Assembly (NCBI GenBank): GCA_963816355.1 | Contig: CAWFKH010000003.1 | Location: 288,001 to 352,000, forward strand | Origin: an uncultured Gemmatimonadales bacterium | GTDB taxonomy: Bacteria > Gemmatimonadota > Gemmatimonadetes > Longimicrobiales > RSA9 | Reading direction: 5' to 3' | DNA: 64,000 bases | Part shown: one piece after another, positions 38,891-48,148 of the stretch | Layout of the letters: each line of letters begins with the position of its first letter | Numbering within the stretch: the stretch's first letter is position 1 | Made by a program: the position numbers and the translations under genes | The notes under the pieces: model-generated | Database searches by the model: none | What the model saw: the letters and a program-made list of their open reading frames with translations, nothing else | Told to the model about the DNA's origin: nothing

Positions 38891-41800
38891 ATGACGAGCT
38901 TCGCCCGGCTGTGGGCCCGCGCAGCGCTGTTTACGGCGCTTTCACTCGCGTGGGCCGTGACGGCACAGGCCCAGGACCGCGGCGCGGTCACGGGTCAGGT
39001 GACCGACGCGTCCACGAAGCTGCCGATCGCAAGTGCCCAGGTCTTCGTCCGCGGCACCGCGCTCGGCGGCTTCACCAACTCCAATGGTCGCTACCGCATC
39101 CAGAACGTCCCGGCCGGGGCGCAGGAGGTGCGCGTGACGACGATCGGCTACGCGGGCGCTTCCCGCACCGTCCAGGTCGCGGCCGGTGAGACCGCGACAG
39201 CGGACTTCGCCCTCAGCCCGACCGCGGTCGAGCTGGGCGCGGTCGTCGTCTCGGCCACCGGGCAGAAGGAATCGAAGCGGGAGGTCGGCAACGCGATCTC
39301 CACGATCAAGGTGGACGAGGTTCCGCTCGGCGCCGTGAACAGCCTTCAGGGCCTGCTCCAGGGCCGTTCGGCCGGTGTCAGCGTCCTTTCGGCGGGCGGC
39401 ACCTCGGGCACCGGCTCCCGCATCCGCATCCGCGGCTCCAACTCGGTGTCTCTCTCGAACGATCCGCTGCTGATCATCGACGGCATTCGCGCCGACGTGA
39501 GCACGAGCAGCTCGATCGGCGTGGGCGGCCAGAATCCGGACCGCTTCAACGACATCCCGCCCGAGGAGATCGAGAGCATCGACATCCTGAAGGGGCCGGC
39601 CGCTTCGGCGCTCTACGGCACGGCGGCCGCCAACGGCGTGATCGTCGTCACGACGAAGAAGGGCAAGGCCGGGCAGACGCGCTTCAACTTCTACACCGAG
39701 CAGACGCAGCTCAAGAACTACGCGGACTTCCCGGCCAACTGGTTGGCCCTTACGCCGGACGGCGCCGATGCCTGCTACCTCGTCGACCAGGCGACCGGCG
39801 ACTGCAGCCTCGGCAACCTGGAGTCGTTCAACCCGCTGACCGATCCTCGCTCGACGCCGTTCGAGACCGGCAACCGCCAGAAGTACGGCATCAACGTGAC
39901 CGGCGGCAACGACATCACGACCTACTTCATCGCCGGCGAGCTCGAGAAGGAGAACGGCGTCTACAAGTACGACCTGAATGGCATCGACCGCTCGAGCCTG
40001 CGCGCCAACCTGCGCAGCGCGCTGCGCGACAACTTCGACGTCACGGTGTCGACGGGGTACGTCAACAGCCGGCTGCGCCTGCCGCAGAACGACAACGACG
40101 TGCTCGGCATCGTCTCCGGCGCCCTGCTCGGCTTCCCGGAGTTCGACTCGGAGTCGGAGGGCTACGGCTTCGGCCTCACGCCGCAGGACATCTCCGCGAT
40201 CCTGACGCTGCAGCAGCTCGAGCGCTTCACCGGCAGCCTCAGCGGCAACTACCGCCCCTTCTCGTGGTTCGAGGTCGTCGCCACGGCGGGCGTCGACCGC
40301 GCGAACCGGCACGACAACGAGACGATCCCGCCGGAGCGCGTGAACTTCAGCTCTCTTCCGGAAGGGGAGCGCTCGTCGAACCGGGCGGAGATCACGGACT
40401 ACACCGCCAACCTGAGCGGCACGGCGACGTACGACGTCAGCGGTGACATCGGCGGCAGCACGAGTGTCGGCGGCCAGTTCACCGACGAGGTGTTCCGCCA
40501 GACGACGGCGTTCGGCGCCAAGCTGCTGGCGGGGACCTCCTCGCTGAACGGCGTCAACGCCCGCTTCAACGTGGGCGAGAACAACTCGGACGTCCGTACG
40601 ATCGGCGTCTTCGCCCAGCAGAAGTTCTCCTACAAGGACCGCCTCTACGTGAGCGGCGCGCTGCGCGCGGACGACAACAGCGCGTTCGGCGCCGACTTCG
40701 GCCTCATCGCCTATCCGGCGGCGGAGCTGTCGTGGGTGATCGGCGACGAGCCGTGGTTCCCGAAGACCTCCGCGCTCAGCAGCCTGCGGCTGCGCACGGC
40801 GTGGGGCCGCTCCGGCCTGCGTCCGGGCTTCCGCGACGCGATCCAGTACCTCAACCCGGTCGCCGTGGTGGTGAGCGGGCAGGAGGTGCCCGGCTTCACG
40901 TTCGGCGGCGCGGGCAACATCAACCTGCGCCCGGAGAAGTCGACGGAGTACGAGGCGGGTCTCGACGCAGGCTTCGCGAACGAGCGTCTCGGCCTCGAGC
41001 TGACCTACTACCACAAGACGTCGGTGGACGCGCTCATCTCGCGCCGGCTGCCGCCGTCGCTGGGCGTGAGCTCCTCGCGCTTCGAGAACCTCGGCAGCGT
41101 GCTGAACGAGGGGCTCGAGCTGCTGCTCAACGCCCGGCTGCTCCAGATGTCGTCGCTCCAGTGGGACGCGACGCTCACCGGCTCGTGGACCAAGAACGAG
41201 CTGACCGACATCGGCACCGACCCGACGACCGGCGACAAGATCGCGCCGATCATCTTCGGCCTCGGCGGCGACACGCAGCACCACCAGGAAGGCTTCCCGC
41301 TCGGCGGCTACTGGGCGGTGCCGATCACCGGCTACAGCGACGCGGACGGCAACGGCCTGCTGAGCCCGGACGAGGTGCAGGTGGGCGACGAGCCGACGTA
41401 TCTCGGCCCGTCGTTCCCGACGCGGGAGTTCTCGCTCCAGACGAGCGCGACCTTCAAGAACGTCGTGAACCTGTCCGCGCTGGTCGATTACCACGGCGGC
41501 TACAAGCAGTTCAACAGCACCGAGGAGTTCCGCTGCGGCGCGTTCCAGATCTGCCGCGCCGACTTCGACCCGAGCGCCTCGCTCGCGGATCAGGCTGCGG
41601 CGATCGGCACGCTGATCTACGGGACGCCGGCCGGCTATATCGAGAACGCGGACTTCGCGAAGTTCCGCGAGCTCTCCGTGGCCCTCATCGCGCCGCGCTC
41701 CTTCGCGCAGCAGATGGGCTTCCAGGGTCTGAAGCTCACGCTCTCCGGCCATAACCTGGCCGTGTGGACGAACTACAAGGGCCTGGATCCGGAGATCAAT

Positions 41801-41893
41801 TTCGCGGGCACCAGCTCCAACTTCACGACCGCGGAGTTCCTGACCCAGCCGCCGACGCGCTTCTACACGCTGCGCGTCGACCTGAACTTCTGA
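38891..41893 (+). CDS. SusC/RagA family TonB-dependent transporter
   Basis: SD aggagg; EEIESIDILKGPAASALYGTAAANGVIVVTTK; C-terminal Phe. Confidence 0.95.
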   Translation: MTSFARLWARAALFTALSLAWAVTAQAQDRGAVTGQVTDASTKLPIASAQVFVRGTALGGFTNSNGRYRIQNVPAGAQEVRVTTIGYAGASRTVQVAAGETATADFALSPTAVELGAVVVSATGQKESKREVGNAISTIKVDEVPLGAVNSLQGLLQGRSAGVSVLSAGGTSGTGSRIRIRGSNSVSLSNDPLLIIDGIRADVSTSSSIGVGGQNPDRFNDIPPEEIESIDILKGPAASALYGTAAANGVIVVTTKKGKAGQTRFNFYTEQTQLKNYADFPANWLALTPDGADACYLVDQATGDCSLGNLESFNPLTDPRSTPFETGNRQKYGINVTGGNDITTYFIAGELEKENGVYKYDLNGIDRSSLRANLRSALRDNFDVTVSTGYVNSRLRLPQNDNDVLGIVSGALLGFPEFDSESEGYGFGLTPQDISAILTLQQLERFTGSLSGNYRPFSWFEVVATAGVDRANRHDNETIPPERVNFSSLPEGERSSNRAEITDYTANLSGTATYDVSGDIGGSTSVGGQFTDEVFRQTTAFGAKLLAGTSSLNGVNARFNVGENNSDVRTIGVFAQQKFSYKDRLYVSGALRADDNSAFGADFGLIAYPAAELSWVIGDEPWFPKTSALSSLRLRTAWGRSGLRPGFRDAIQYLNPVAVVVSGQEVPGFTFGGAGNINLRPEKSTEYEAGLDAGFANERLGLELTYYHKTSVDALISRRLPPSLGVSSSRFENLGSVLNEGLELLLNARLLQMSSLQWDATLTGSWTKNELTDIGTDPTTGDKIAPIIFGLGGDTQHHQEGFPLGGYWAVPITGYSDADGNGLLSPDEVQVGDEPTYLGPSFPTREFSLQTSATFKNVVNLSALVDYHGGYKQFNSTEEFRCGAFQICRADFDPSASLADQAAAIGTLIYGTPAGYIENADFAKFRELSVALIAPRSFAQQMGFQGLKLTLSGHNLAVWTNYKGLDPEINFAGTSSNFTTAEFLTQPPTRFYTLRVDLNF

Positions 41894-41917
41894 GCGCGAC
41901 CTCAACGGAGAACGACG

Positions 41918-43248
41918 ATGAGAGAATCGATTCGAACGCACGCCGTTCGGGCCGCGCGCAGGGGCAGCTGCTGCTGCTCGCCCTGCTGCTTCCCGCGGCC
42001 GCGTGTGACCAGGTCCTCAAGGTGAGCGATCCGGACGTGGCGCGCCCCAGCGGCTTCACGGACGCGACCGCGCTGCCCGCGATCCGCGCCGGCGTGATCG
42101 GCGACTTCGCCAACATGTACGACGATCAGATCCTCTACAGCGGCCTGCTCGGCGACGAGTGGTTCCATTCCGGGACCTTCCCCACCCGCACCGAGGTCGA
42201 CATCCGGGCGATCCAGTCGGACAACGCGACTCTCGACGGGGTGACGCGCGGCATGTACCGCGCGCGCAGCTCCGCGCTCGATGCGGCGACCAAGTTCGCC
42301 GACCTCGGTCCCGATCAGGCGGGTTACGCCGAGGTTCTGAACCTGGAGGGATTCACCTACGTCCTCTTCGGGGAGAACTACTGCTCCGGCGTGCCGTTCA
42401 GTCACCTGAACGAGGACGGGTCCTTCGACTTCGGTGAGCCGGAGACGACCACCCAGATGCTGAACCGGGCGACCACCACCGCGGACGCCGCGATCGCGGC
42501 GGCGCAGGGGGCGGGCTCCGAGACGCAGGAGAACCTCGCGCGCGTGCTGAAGGGCCGTGCGCTGCTCGATCTGGGACAGTATCAGGACGCCGCCGCGGCG
42601 GTGGCGAGCGTGCCGAGCGACTTCAGCTACGTCATGCAGCACTCGGAGAACACCGGCCGCGAGAACAACGGCGTCTACCAGTTCAACCACCTCTCCGAGC
42701 GGTGGTCGGTCGCGAACAACGAGGGCGGCAACGGCCTCGACTACCGCGACGCCGACGATCCTCGCGTGCCATGGACGCGGAGCCCCGCGAACGACCGTGG
42801 CTTCGACAACAGCACGCCGCAGTACGATCAGCTCCTGATGCCGGACCGCTCGGCGCCGTCCACGGTGGCGACGGGCACGGAAGCGCGGCTGATCGAGGCG
42901 GAGGCCGCCTACCAGGCCGGAGACGCCGCCGGCATGCTCGACATCCTCAACACGCTGCGCGAGGACGCAGGCATGGATGACCTCACCGACCCCGGCACGG
43001 CCTCCGGCCGCGTCGACATGCTCTTCCGGGAGCGCGCCTTCTGGCTGTGGCTGCAGTCGCACCGTCTGGGCGACATGCGGCGTCTGATCCGGCAGTACGG
43101 GCGCAGCGCGGACGAGGTCTTCCCCGTGGGTCCGTACCACAAGGCCACGCAGGGCGGCGTCTACGGCTCCGACGTCAACCTGCCGCTCTACGCCGACGAG
43201 AAGAACAACCCGAACGTGACGCAGCTCTGTCTCGATCGGAACGCCTGA
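41918..43248 (+). CDS. SusD/RagB family lipoprotein with a 1-nt frameshift in its signal peptide (~41960-41970)
   Basis: SD+ATG 41918 reads MRESIRTHAVRAARRG, out of frame with LLLLALLLPAAAC..RERAFWLWLQSHRLGDMRR. Confidence 0.85.
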
Positions 43249-43300
43249 TTCCGAGCGACGATCGGAACGCCTGACCCCGAGCACAACGGGCGAAGGTAGA

Positions 43301-43336
43301 GAAGAGGGGGGAGGCCGGCCGGCCTCCCCCCTCTTC
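43301..43336. terminator. Perfect 36 nt palindrome between convergent genes; probable bidirectional terminator
   Basis: gaagaggggggaggcc-ggcc-ggcctcccccctcttc; no long U-tract. Confidence 0.65.
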
Positions 43337-43391
43337 ACATCCGGCCGCGACGCCGATGCCGATGCTGCGGCCCGGTCCGGCGGCCCGCGGC

Positions 43392-43850
43392 TCAGCCGCT
43401 CTTCGTGGTGATCGCGATGACGCCGTTGCCGCTTCCGGTGCCGTAGATGCGCGTCGCCTCCACGCCGTTCAGGACGCGGATCAGCCGGATCACGTCCGCC
43501 GGAATGTCGCGCAAATAGGTGATGCCGTCGACGGCGGCGCCGTCGACGTAGATGCGCGGATTCGAACTGAGGACGATGCTGTTGCGCCCGCGAAAGGTGA
43601 TGCGCACCGGCTGCCCGTGGGAATCCTCCTCGAACATCAGGTAGCCGGCGCCGTGCTTGAGTGCTTCCCAGGCGTCCCGGACGCCGTACGACTCGATCTG
43701 CTCAGCGGTGATCTGGCGCCCGCTCGGCCTCGGTTCCGCCTTCCCGGAGTCGCGGCGGGGAGCGCACGCGAGCGCCAGGGAGCTCGCGAGCGTCACGGAG
43801 GTTGCGAGCAGGAGCAGCCCCGCCTCGCGTGAACGGGATGGCATGCGCAT
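43392..43850 (-). CDS. Stand-alone TonB plug-domain lipoprotein
   Basis: ALAC lipobox; ITAEQI, PRIYVDG, IRVLNGVEATRIYGTGSGNGVIAITTK then stop. Confidence 0.8.
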   Translation of the reverse strand: MRMPSRSREAGLLLLATSVTLASSLALACAPRRDSGKAEPRPSGRQITAEQIESYGVRDAWEALKHGAGYLMFEEDSHGQPVRITFRGRNSIVLSSNPRIYVDGAAVDGITYLRDIPADVIRLIRVLNGVEATRIYGTGSGNGVIAITTKSG

Positions 43851-44029
43851 GGCTCCTCGCGGACCGGGGATTGAGAGAGGGGACGCCCGAAGACGCGTAC
43901 ACCCGAAGATGCCGGGGCCGTGCCGGTCGCGTCAATGCCGCGGTGACGGGACGCGCCTGCGCGCCCGCTGCCGTCGCTGACGGGGCCGAGGCGCGCGCAG
44001 GCGGTCCACGAACCGTGTCTGAGCGTAGT

Positions 44030-45322
44030 TCAGATGTCGAGCGGCACCAGGTCGATCGACAGGTCGTCGAGCTCGGCACACCCGGCTCGTGCGCCGTTGC
44101 TGGCGCCGTTCCCCTTCCGCGCGGCCTCCCCGTCGCCGTTCCGCGCGGCCTCCGCGTCGCCGTTCCGCGCGCCCTTCCGCTGTCCGTTGCCACGGGGGCC
44201 GCCCCGGACGCCCCCGTTCCCGTTCCCGTTCCCGTTCCCGGCGAGGACCGGGAGCGAGCGCCGGGAGTGATCCCGGTCGGGCAGCGGGTAGCGGTAGCGC
44301 GTGCCGGCGTAGTTGCGGAGCACGATCTCCTGGTCCGTGACGGCTTCGACGTACTCGGGCAGGAGCGGGATCTTGCCGCCGCCGCCCGGCGCGTCGATGA
44401 CGTACTGGGGCACGGCGAGGCCGCTGGTCCAGCCGCGCAAGGCGCGGATGATCTCGAGCCCCTTCTCGATGCTGGTGCGGAAGTGCTCGCCGCCGGCGAC
44501 GACATCGGCCTGATAGATGTAGTAGGGCCGGACGCGCGCCTTGAGGAGCCGGTGCATGAGCTCCTTCATGACGGCGGGGTCGTCGTTGACGCCCTTGAGG
44601 AGGACGGTCTGACAGCCGAGCGGCGCGCCGGTGTCGGCGAGCATGCCGAGGGCGCGGACGGCGGCGGGCGTGAGCTCGTCCGGGTGGTCGAAGTGGACGT
44701 TGATGTAGACCGGGTGGTAGCGACGGACGATGTCGCACAGCTCGGGCGTGATCCGCTCCGGCAGGTGGCTCGGCATGCGCGTGTGGATGCGGATGATCTC
44801 GATGTGCTCGATCGCGCGCAGGGTCTTGAGGAAGAACTCGACGCGGCGGTCGGCGAGCATGAACGGATCGCCGCCGGAGAGGATCACGTCGCGTACCTCG
44901 GTGTGCTCGCGCAGGTAGGCGAACGCGGATTCGAACTGGTTGAGCGGGATCTTGTCCGGATCGCCGACCTTCCTGCGCCGCGTGCAGAAGCGGCAGTAGC
45001 TGGCGCACACGGGCGAGACGAGGAAGAGGACGCGGTCCGGATAGCGGTGGGTGAGGTTCGGCACCGGCGAGTCGTCGTCCTCGCCGAGCGAATCCACGAT
45101 GCCGTCCTCGACCTGGTTCTCCTGCGGCGTCGGGACGTACTGGTTCCAGAACGGATCGCCCGGCTCGCGGATGAACTGCAAGGCCGCGGGCGTGATGCGC
45201 AGGTTGAAGGAATCGATCGCCTTCTGGACCTCGACCCGATCTATGGCGTCGGCGCCGAAGCGCGCGACGAGGTCGTCGACCGTGACGACGCTCTGCTTCA
45301 GGATCTCCTGCCATTCACTCAT
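44030..45322 (-). CDS. kamA: KamA-family radical SAM enzyme, lysine 2,3-aminomutase
   Basis: HRYPDRVL, CASYCRFCTRRR, SGGDP, QTVLLKGVND, PYYIYQAD, DAPGGGGK (PLP Lys); GNG-rich tail. Confidence 0.9.
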   Translation of the reverse strand: MSEWQEILKQSVVTVDDLVARFGADAIDRVEVQKAIDSFNLRITPAALQFIREPGDPFWNQYVPTPQENQVEDGIVDSLGEDDDSPVPNLTHRYPDRVLFLVSPVCASYCRFCTRRRKVGDPDKIPLNQFESAFAYLREHTEVRDVILSGGDPFMLADRRVEFFLKTLRAIEHIEIIRIHTRMPSHLPERITPELCDIVRRYHPVYINVHFDHPDELTPAAVRALGMLADTGAPLGCQTVLLKGVNDDPAVMKELMHRLLKARVRPYYIYQADVVAGGEHFRTSIEKGLEIIRALRGWTSGLAVPQYVIDAPGGGGKIPLLPEYVEAVTDQEIVLRNYAGTRYRYPLPDRDHSRRSLPVLAGNGNGNGNGGVRGGPRGNGQRKGARNGDAEAARNGDGEAARKGNGASNGARAGCAELDDLSIDLVPLDI

Positions 45323-45848
45323 GGTTGGCCGCACCCGTGGTTTCGCTGTTGAGCCGTCGGGCGAAGATCACGCGATCGTCGCCGGGAGCGTAGAAGTCGG
45401 GGACCCGTGCGACCTCGGCGTAGCCGCGGCGCCGGTAGAAGGCGCGCGTCGCCTCGTAGGGGGGCAACGACGAGGTCTCGATGATCACGAGTCGGGCGTC
45501 CAACCGGGCAAGCCTTCGCTCCACCTCCTGAAGCAGTGTCGTCCCCACGCCCGCGCCGTGCAGCGCCGGGTCGACGGCGATCCAGTAGAGATCGTACGTC
45601 CCCAGCGTGCACGGAGTCGGGCCGTAGCAGACATAACCGAGCAGGTCGCCGGCCCGGGAGAAGGCGCCCAGGGCCTCGTAATCCTGTCGGGGGTCGATGA
45701 AGAACGCGTCCAGCACTTCCAGCGCGACCGCGATCTCGTCCTCGCGGAAGACGCCCGTCGCGCGCAGGATGCGCTCCGCCGCCGCGCGCGCGGCGGCGGG
45801 CAGGCGCCGGATGCGGAGCGTCGTCCGGGCGGCGGCGGCGCTCCTCAC
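45315..45848 (-). CDS. GNAT family N-acetyltransferase
   Basis: GYVCYGPTP..YDLYWIAVDP..HGAGVG..ETSS..FYRRRGY; overlaps both neighbours. Confidence 0.88.
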   Translation of the reverse strand: MRSAAAARTTLRIRRLPAAARAAAERILRATGVFREDEIAVALEVLDAFFIDPRQDYEALGAFSRAGDLLGYVCYGPTPCTLGTYDLYWIAVDPALHGAGVGTTLLQEVERRLARLDARLVIIETSSLPPYEATRAFYRRRGYAEVARVPDFYAPGDDRVIFARRLNSETTGAANHE

Positions 45849-46804
45849 GCGGCCTCCGCCAGCACGAGCTCGACGAGGGCTCGGTAGTCGAGCCCCGCGC
45901 TCCGCGCCATGCGCGCCAGCCCGGCCTCCGGATCGAGGTCGGGGTTCGGGTTCACCTCGAGCACCCAGACGTGCCCCTCGTCGTCGAGACGGAAGTCGAC
46001 GCGGCCGTAACCGCGGCCGCCCACCGCGTCCCACGCGACGCGTGCGTCGCGGATCAGCCGGGCGTGCAGGCCGTCCGGGATCTGTGCCGGGCAGATCGGC
46101 CGCGCTCCGCGATCGTCCACCGAGCCGGCCGCCCACTTCGCGTCGTACGTCACGATCGGCCTGCGCCCCGGTGGCATGGTCGAAAAGTCCATCTCGGTCA
46201 CCGGAAGCACGCGTTCCCCGACGAAGCCGACGGCGAGCTCGCGGCTGCCGACGAACGCCTGCACGAGTAGCGGCGCGTGCGAGCCCGCGGCGCCGATCGC
46301 ATCGCGCAGCGCGGCGTCGTCGGTCACGACGCTCGCCTGTCCGACCGCGACGGAGCCGTCCTCGCCGGCGGGCTTGACGATCGCGGGATACGCGACGCCG
46401 CCGGGCGGTTCCTCGCCGGCGCGCCACACGCGCCACGGCGGCACGCGGAGGCCGGCCGCGGCGAGGATCGCGTTCGTCCGGTCCTTGCGCCGGGCGAGCG
46501 CCAGCGCTTCGGCACCACTCCCGGTCATCGGCACGCCCAGCAGCTCGACCACCGCGGCGACGCGCGGCTCGTGCGCGCTGACGCCCGCGGCGCCCTCGCA
46601 CAGGTTGAAGACGACGTCCGGCGCGGCGCGCTCGATGCGCTCGATCCACCGCCCGCCCGGCGCGGAGATGGCGACGCGCGTCGGGTCGTGCGACGCCGAC
46701 CGCAGCGCCGCCTCGACCGCGTCGACGGAGGCGAGGACGCCGCGCTCGTCGGGGCTCGCTTCGGCGCGCGCGGCGACGTCGTCGAAGAGGATCGCGACGT
46801 TCAT
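45845..46804 (-). CDS. D-Ala-D-Ala ligase-like ATP-grasp enzyme 2 (non-canonical)
   Basis: VFNLCEG, IVKPAGEDGS, TYDAKW, RVDFRL, LEVNPNP. Confidence 0.85.
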   Translation of the reverse strand: MNVAILFDDVAARAEASPDERGVLASVDAVEAALRSASHDPTRVAISAPGGRWIERIERAAPDVVFNLCEGAAGVSAHEPRVAAVVELLGVPMTGSGAEALALARRKDRTNAILAAAGLRVPPWRVWRAGEEPPGGVAYPAIVKPAGEDGSVAVGQASVVTDDAALRDAIGAAGSHAPLLVQAFVGSRELAVGFVGERVLPVTEMDFSTMPPGRRPIVTYDAKWAAGSVDDRGARPICPAQIPDGLHARLIRDARVAWDAVGGRGYGRVDFRLDDEGHVWVLEVNPNPDLDPEAGLARMARSAGLDYRALVELVLAEAA

Positions 46805-47934
46805 CGAGGAACGCTGGCGGGCATGAGCGCCGCGGCGTCGCGTGGACCGTCGCGGCTGACGATGGGATCGCGCGCGGTGCCGAGCCGCTCGAGCGCGGCG
46901 TGCAGCACCGCGCCGATCAGGGCGTCGTAGTCGAGGCCTGCCGTGAAGGCCGCCATCGGGAAGCACGAGTGCTGCGCGGGATCGGGCAGGATTCCGGGCA
47001 GCGGGTTCACCTCGAGCGCGTGGGGCCGGCCGGCGCCATCGAGGCGAACGTCGACGCGCGCCCAGTCGCGGCAGCCGAGCGCGTGGAAGGCGCCGAGCGC
47101 GGTGGCGGCGATCGCGTCGCCGAGAGCCGCGTCCACCGGAGCGGGACAGCGGAACACCTCGATCGGCTCGTCCGGCCGGTCCCACAGCCACTTCGCCTCA
47201 TAACCGTAGATCGGCGGGGCGCCGGCCGGCAGCGCGTCGAAGCGGATCTCGACGATCGGCAGCACGCGCGCCGCGGCGCCGTTGCCGAGGATCGCGCACG
47301 TGAACTCACGGCCGGGCAGGAACTCCTCGACGATCGACGGTTGCCCGTAGAGACGCTCGACCTTCGCCACCCGCCGCGCGACCTCCTCCCACGTGGCGCA
47401 GAGCGAGCCGGCGTCGATCCCTTTGCTCGAACCCTCGAAGAGCGGCTTGACGATCGCCGGCAAGGTGGGGTCCGGACCGCTTGGCGTCTCGCCGGCGTCG
47501 CGCCGCGTCGTGGCGATGGCGGACGCATCGCCGGCGCCGCCGCCCGCCACGAAGTCGGCCGGCGTGCGCACGCCGCGCGCCCGGAACGCCTCCTTCGCCC
47601 GGCGCTTGTCGAGCGCGAGAGTCAGCGTGAGCGGATCGCTGCCGGTGTAGGCGACGTCGTAGAACTCGCAGATCGCGGGCACGTGCGCTTCGCGATTCGG
47701 CCCGTTCAGACCTTCCGCGATGTTGAAGACGATGTCGGGGCGGAACTGGCGGAGCCGCTGCGGGAAATCGTCATCGGCCTCGAGCCGGACGACGTCGCCG
47801 TGACGGGAGAGCGCCGCGTCGACGGCGGCGATGGTGGCGGGTTCGTCCCACTCCGCGAAGCGGTCGTGGGACGGGGTACCGGGAGGCTCGTCGTCCCCGG
47901 AAGGTCGCTCGTTGTACGCGAAGCCGATGCGCAT
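46801..47934 (-). CDS. D-Ala-D-Ala ligase-like ATP-grasp enzyme 1 (non-canonical)
   Basis: AEWDEPATI, VFNIAEG..REAHVPA, YTGSD, IVKPLFEGSSKGI, EEFLPGREFT, LEVNPLPG. Confidence 0.88.
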   Translation of the reverse strand: MRIGFAYNERPSGDDEPPGTPSHDRFAEWDEPATIAAVDAALSRHGDVVRLEADDDFPQRLRQFRPDIVFNIAEGLNGPNREAHVPAICEFYDVAYTGSDPLTLTLALDKRRAKEAFRARGVRTPADFVAGGGAGDASAIATTRRDAGETPSGPDPTLPAIVKPLFEGSSKGIDAGSLCATWEEVARRVAKVERLYGQPSIVEEFLPGREFTCAILGNGAAARVLPIVEIRFDALPAGAPPIYGYEAKWLWDRPDEPIEVFRCPAPVDAALGDAIAATALGAFHALGCRDWARVDVRLDGAGRPHALEVNPLPGILPDPAQHSCFPMAAFTAGLDYDALIGAVLHAALERLGTARDPIVSRDGPRDAAALMPASVPR

Positions 47935-47940
47935 GCGTCC

Positions 47941-48027
47941 CTATATGAAAAAACGCCTCTCCGGAGAGAGACGGTCGGTGGACTCCGTCGTGGCTTGAGC
48001 GCCCGTGTCGAATCTTCGACGTTTCAT
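47941..48027 (-). CDS. Candidate leader peptide MKRRRFDTGAQATTESTDRLSPERRFFI
   Basis: ATG 9 nt after a TACCAT -10-like box; AAA CGT CGA AGA rare-codon run; spans the terminator. Confidence 0.4.
   Translation of the reverse strand: MKRRRFDTGAQATTESTDRLSPERRFFI
47948..47973 (-). terminator. Intrinsic terminator in the operon leader
   Basis: Minus strand cgtctctc-tccg-gagaggcg-tttttt, ending 13 nt before the ATG at 47934. Confidence 0.75.
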
Positions 48028-48148
48028 TACGAGACAATGGTAATCGAATCGAGGGTCGGAGGGAAGAGGGAGGGTGGACGGGATGGAGGGGACGGCGGGC
48101 GGGAACGGAGGGAGGGGACACAGGGACGGACGCCTTCGAGCTGAAAGC

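Noticed and set aside
44030..45322. EpmB for EF-P beta-lysylation
   Set aside because: The EF-P here has Asn at the target site, no epmA is in the window, and the gene is coupled to a different operon
45845..47934. Housekeeping ddl or van resistance ligases
   Set aside because: They lack the N-terminal GGxSxE motif, and there is no mur/dcw or vanH/vanX context
47975..48045. Known riboswitch (c-di-GMP-I/II, ZTP)
   Set aside because: Only short partial word matches; the conserved cores are not recognisable; needs cmscan
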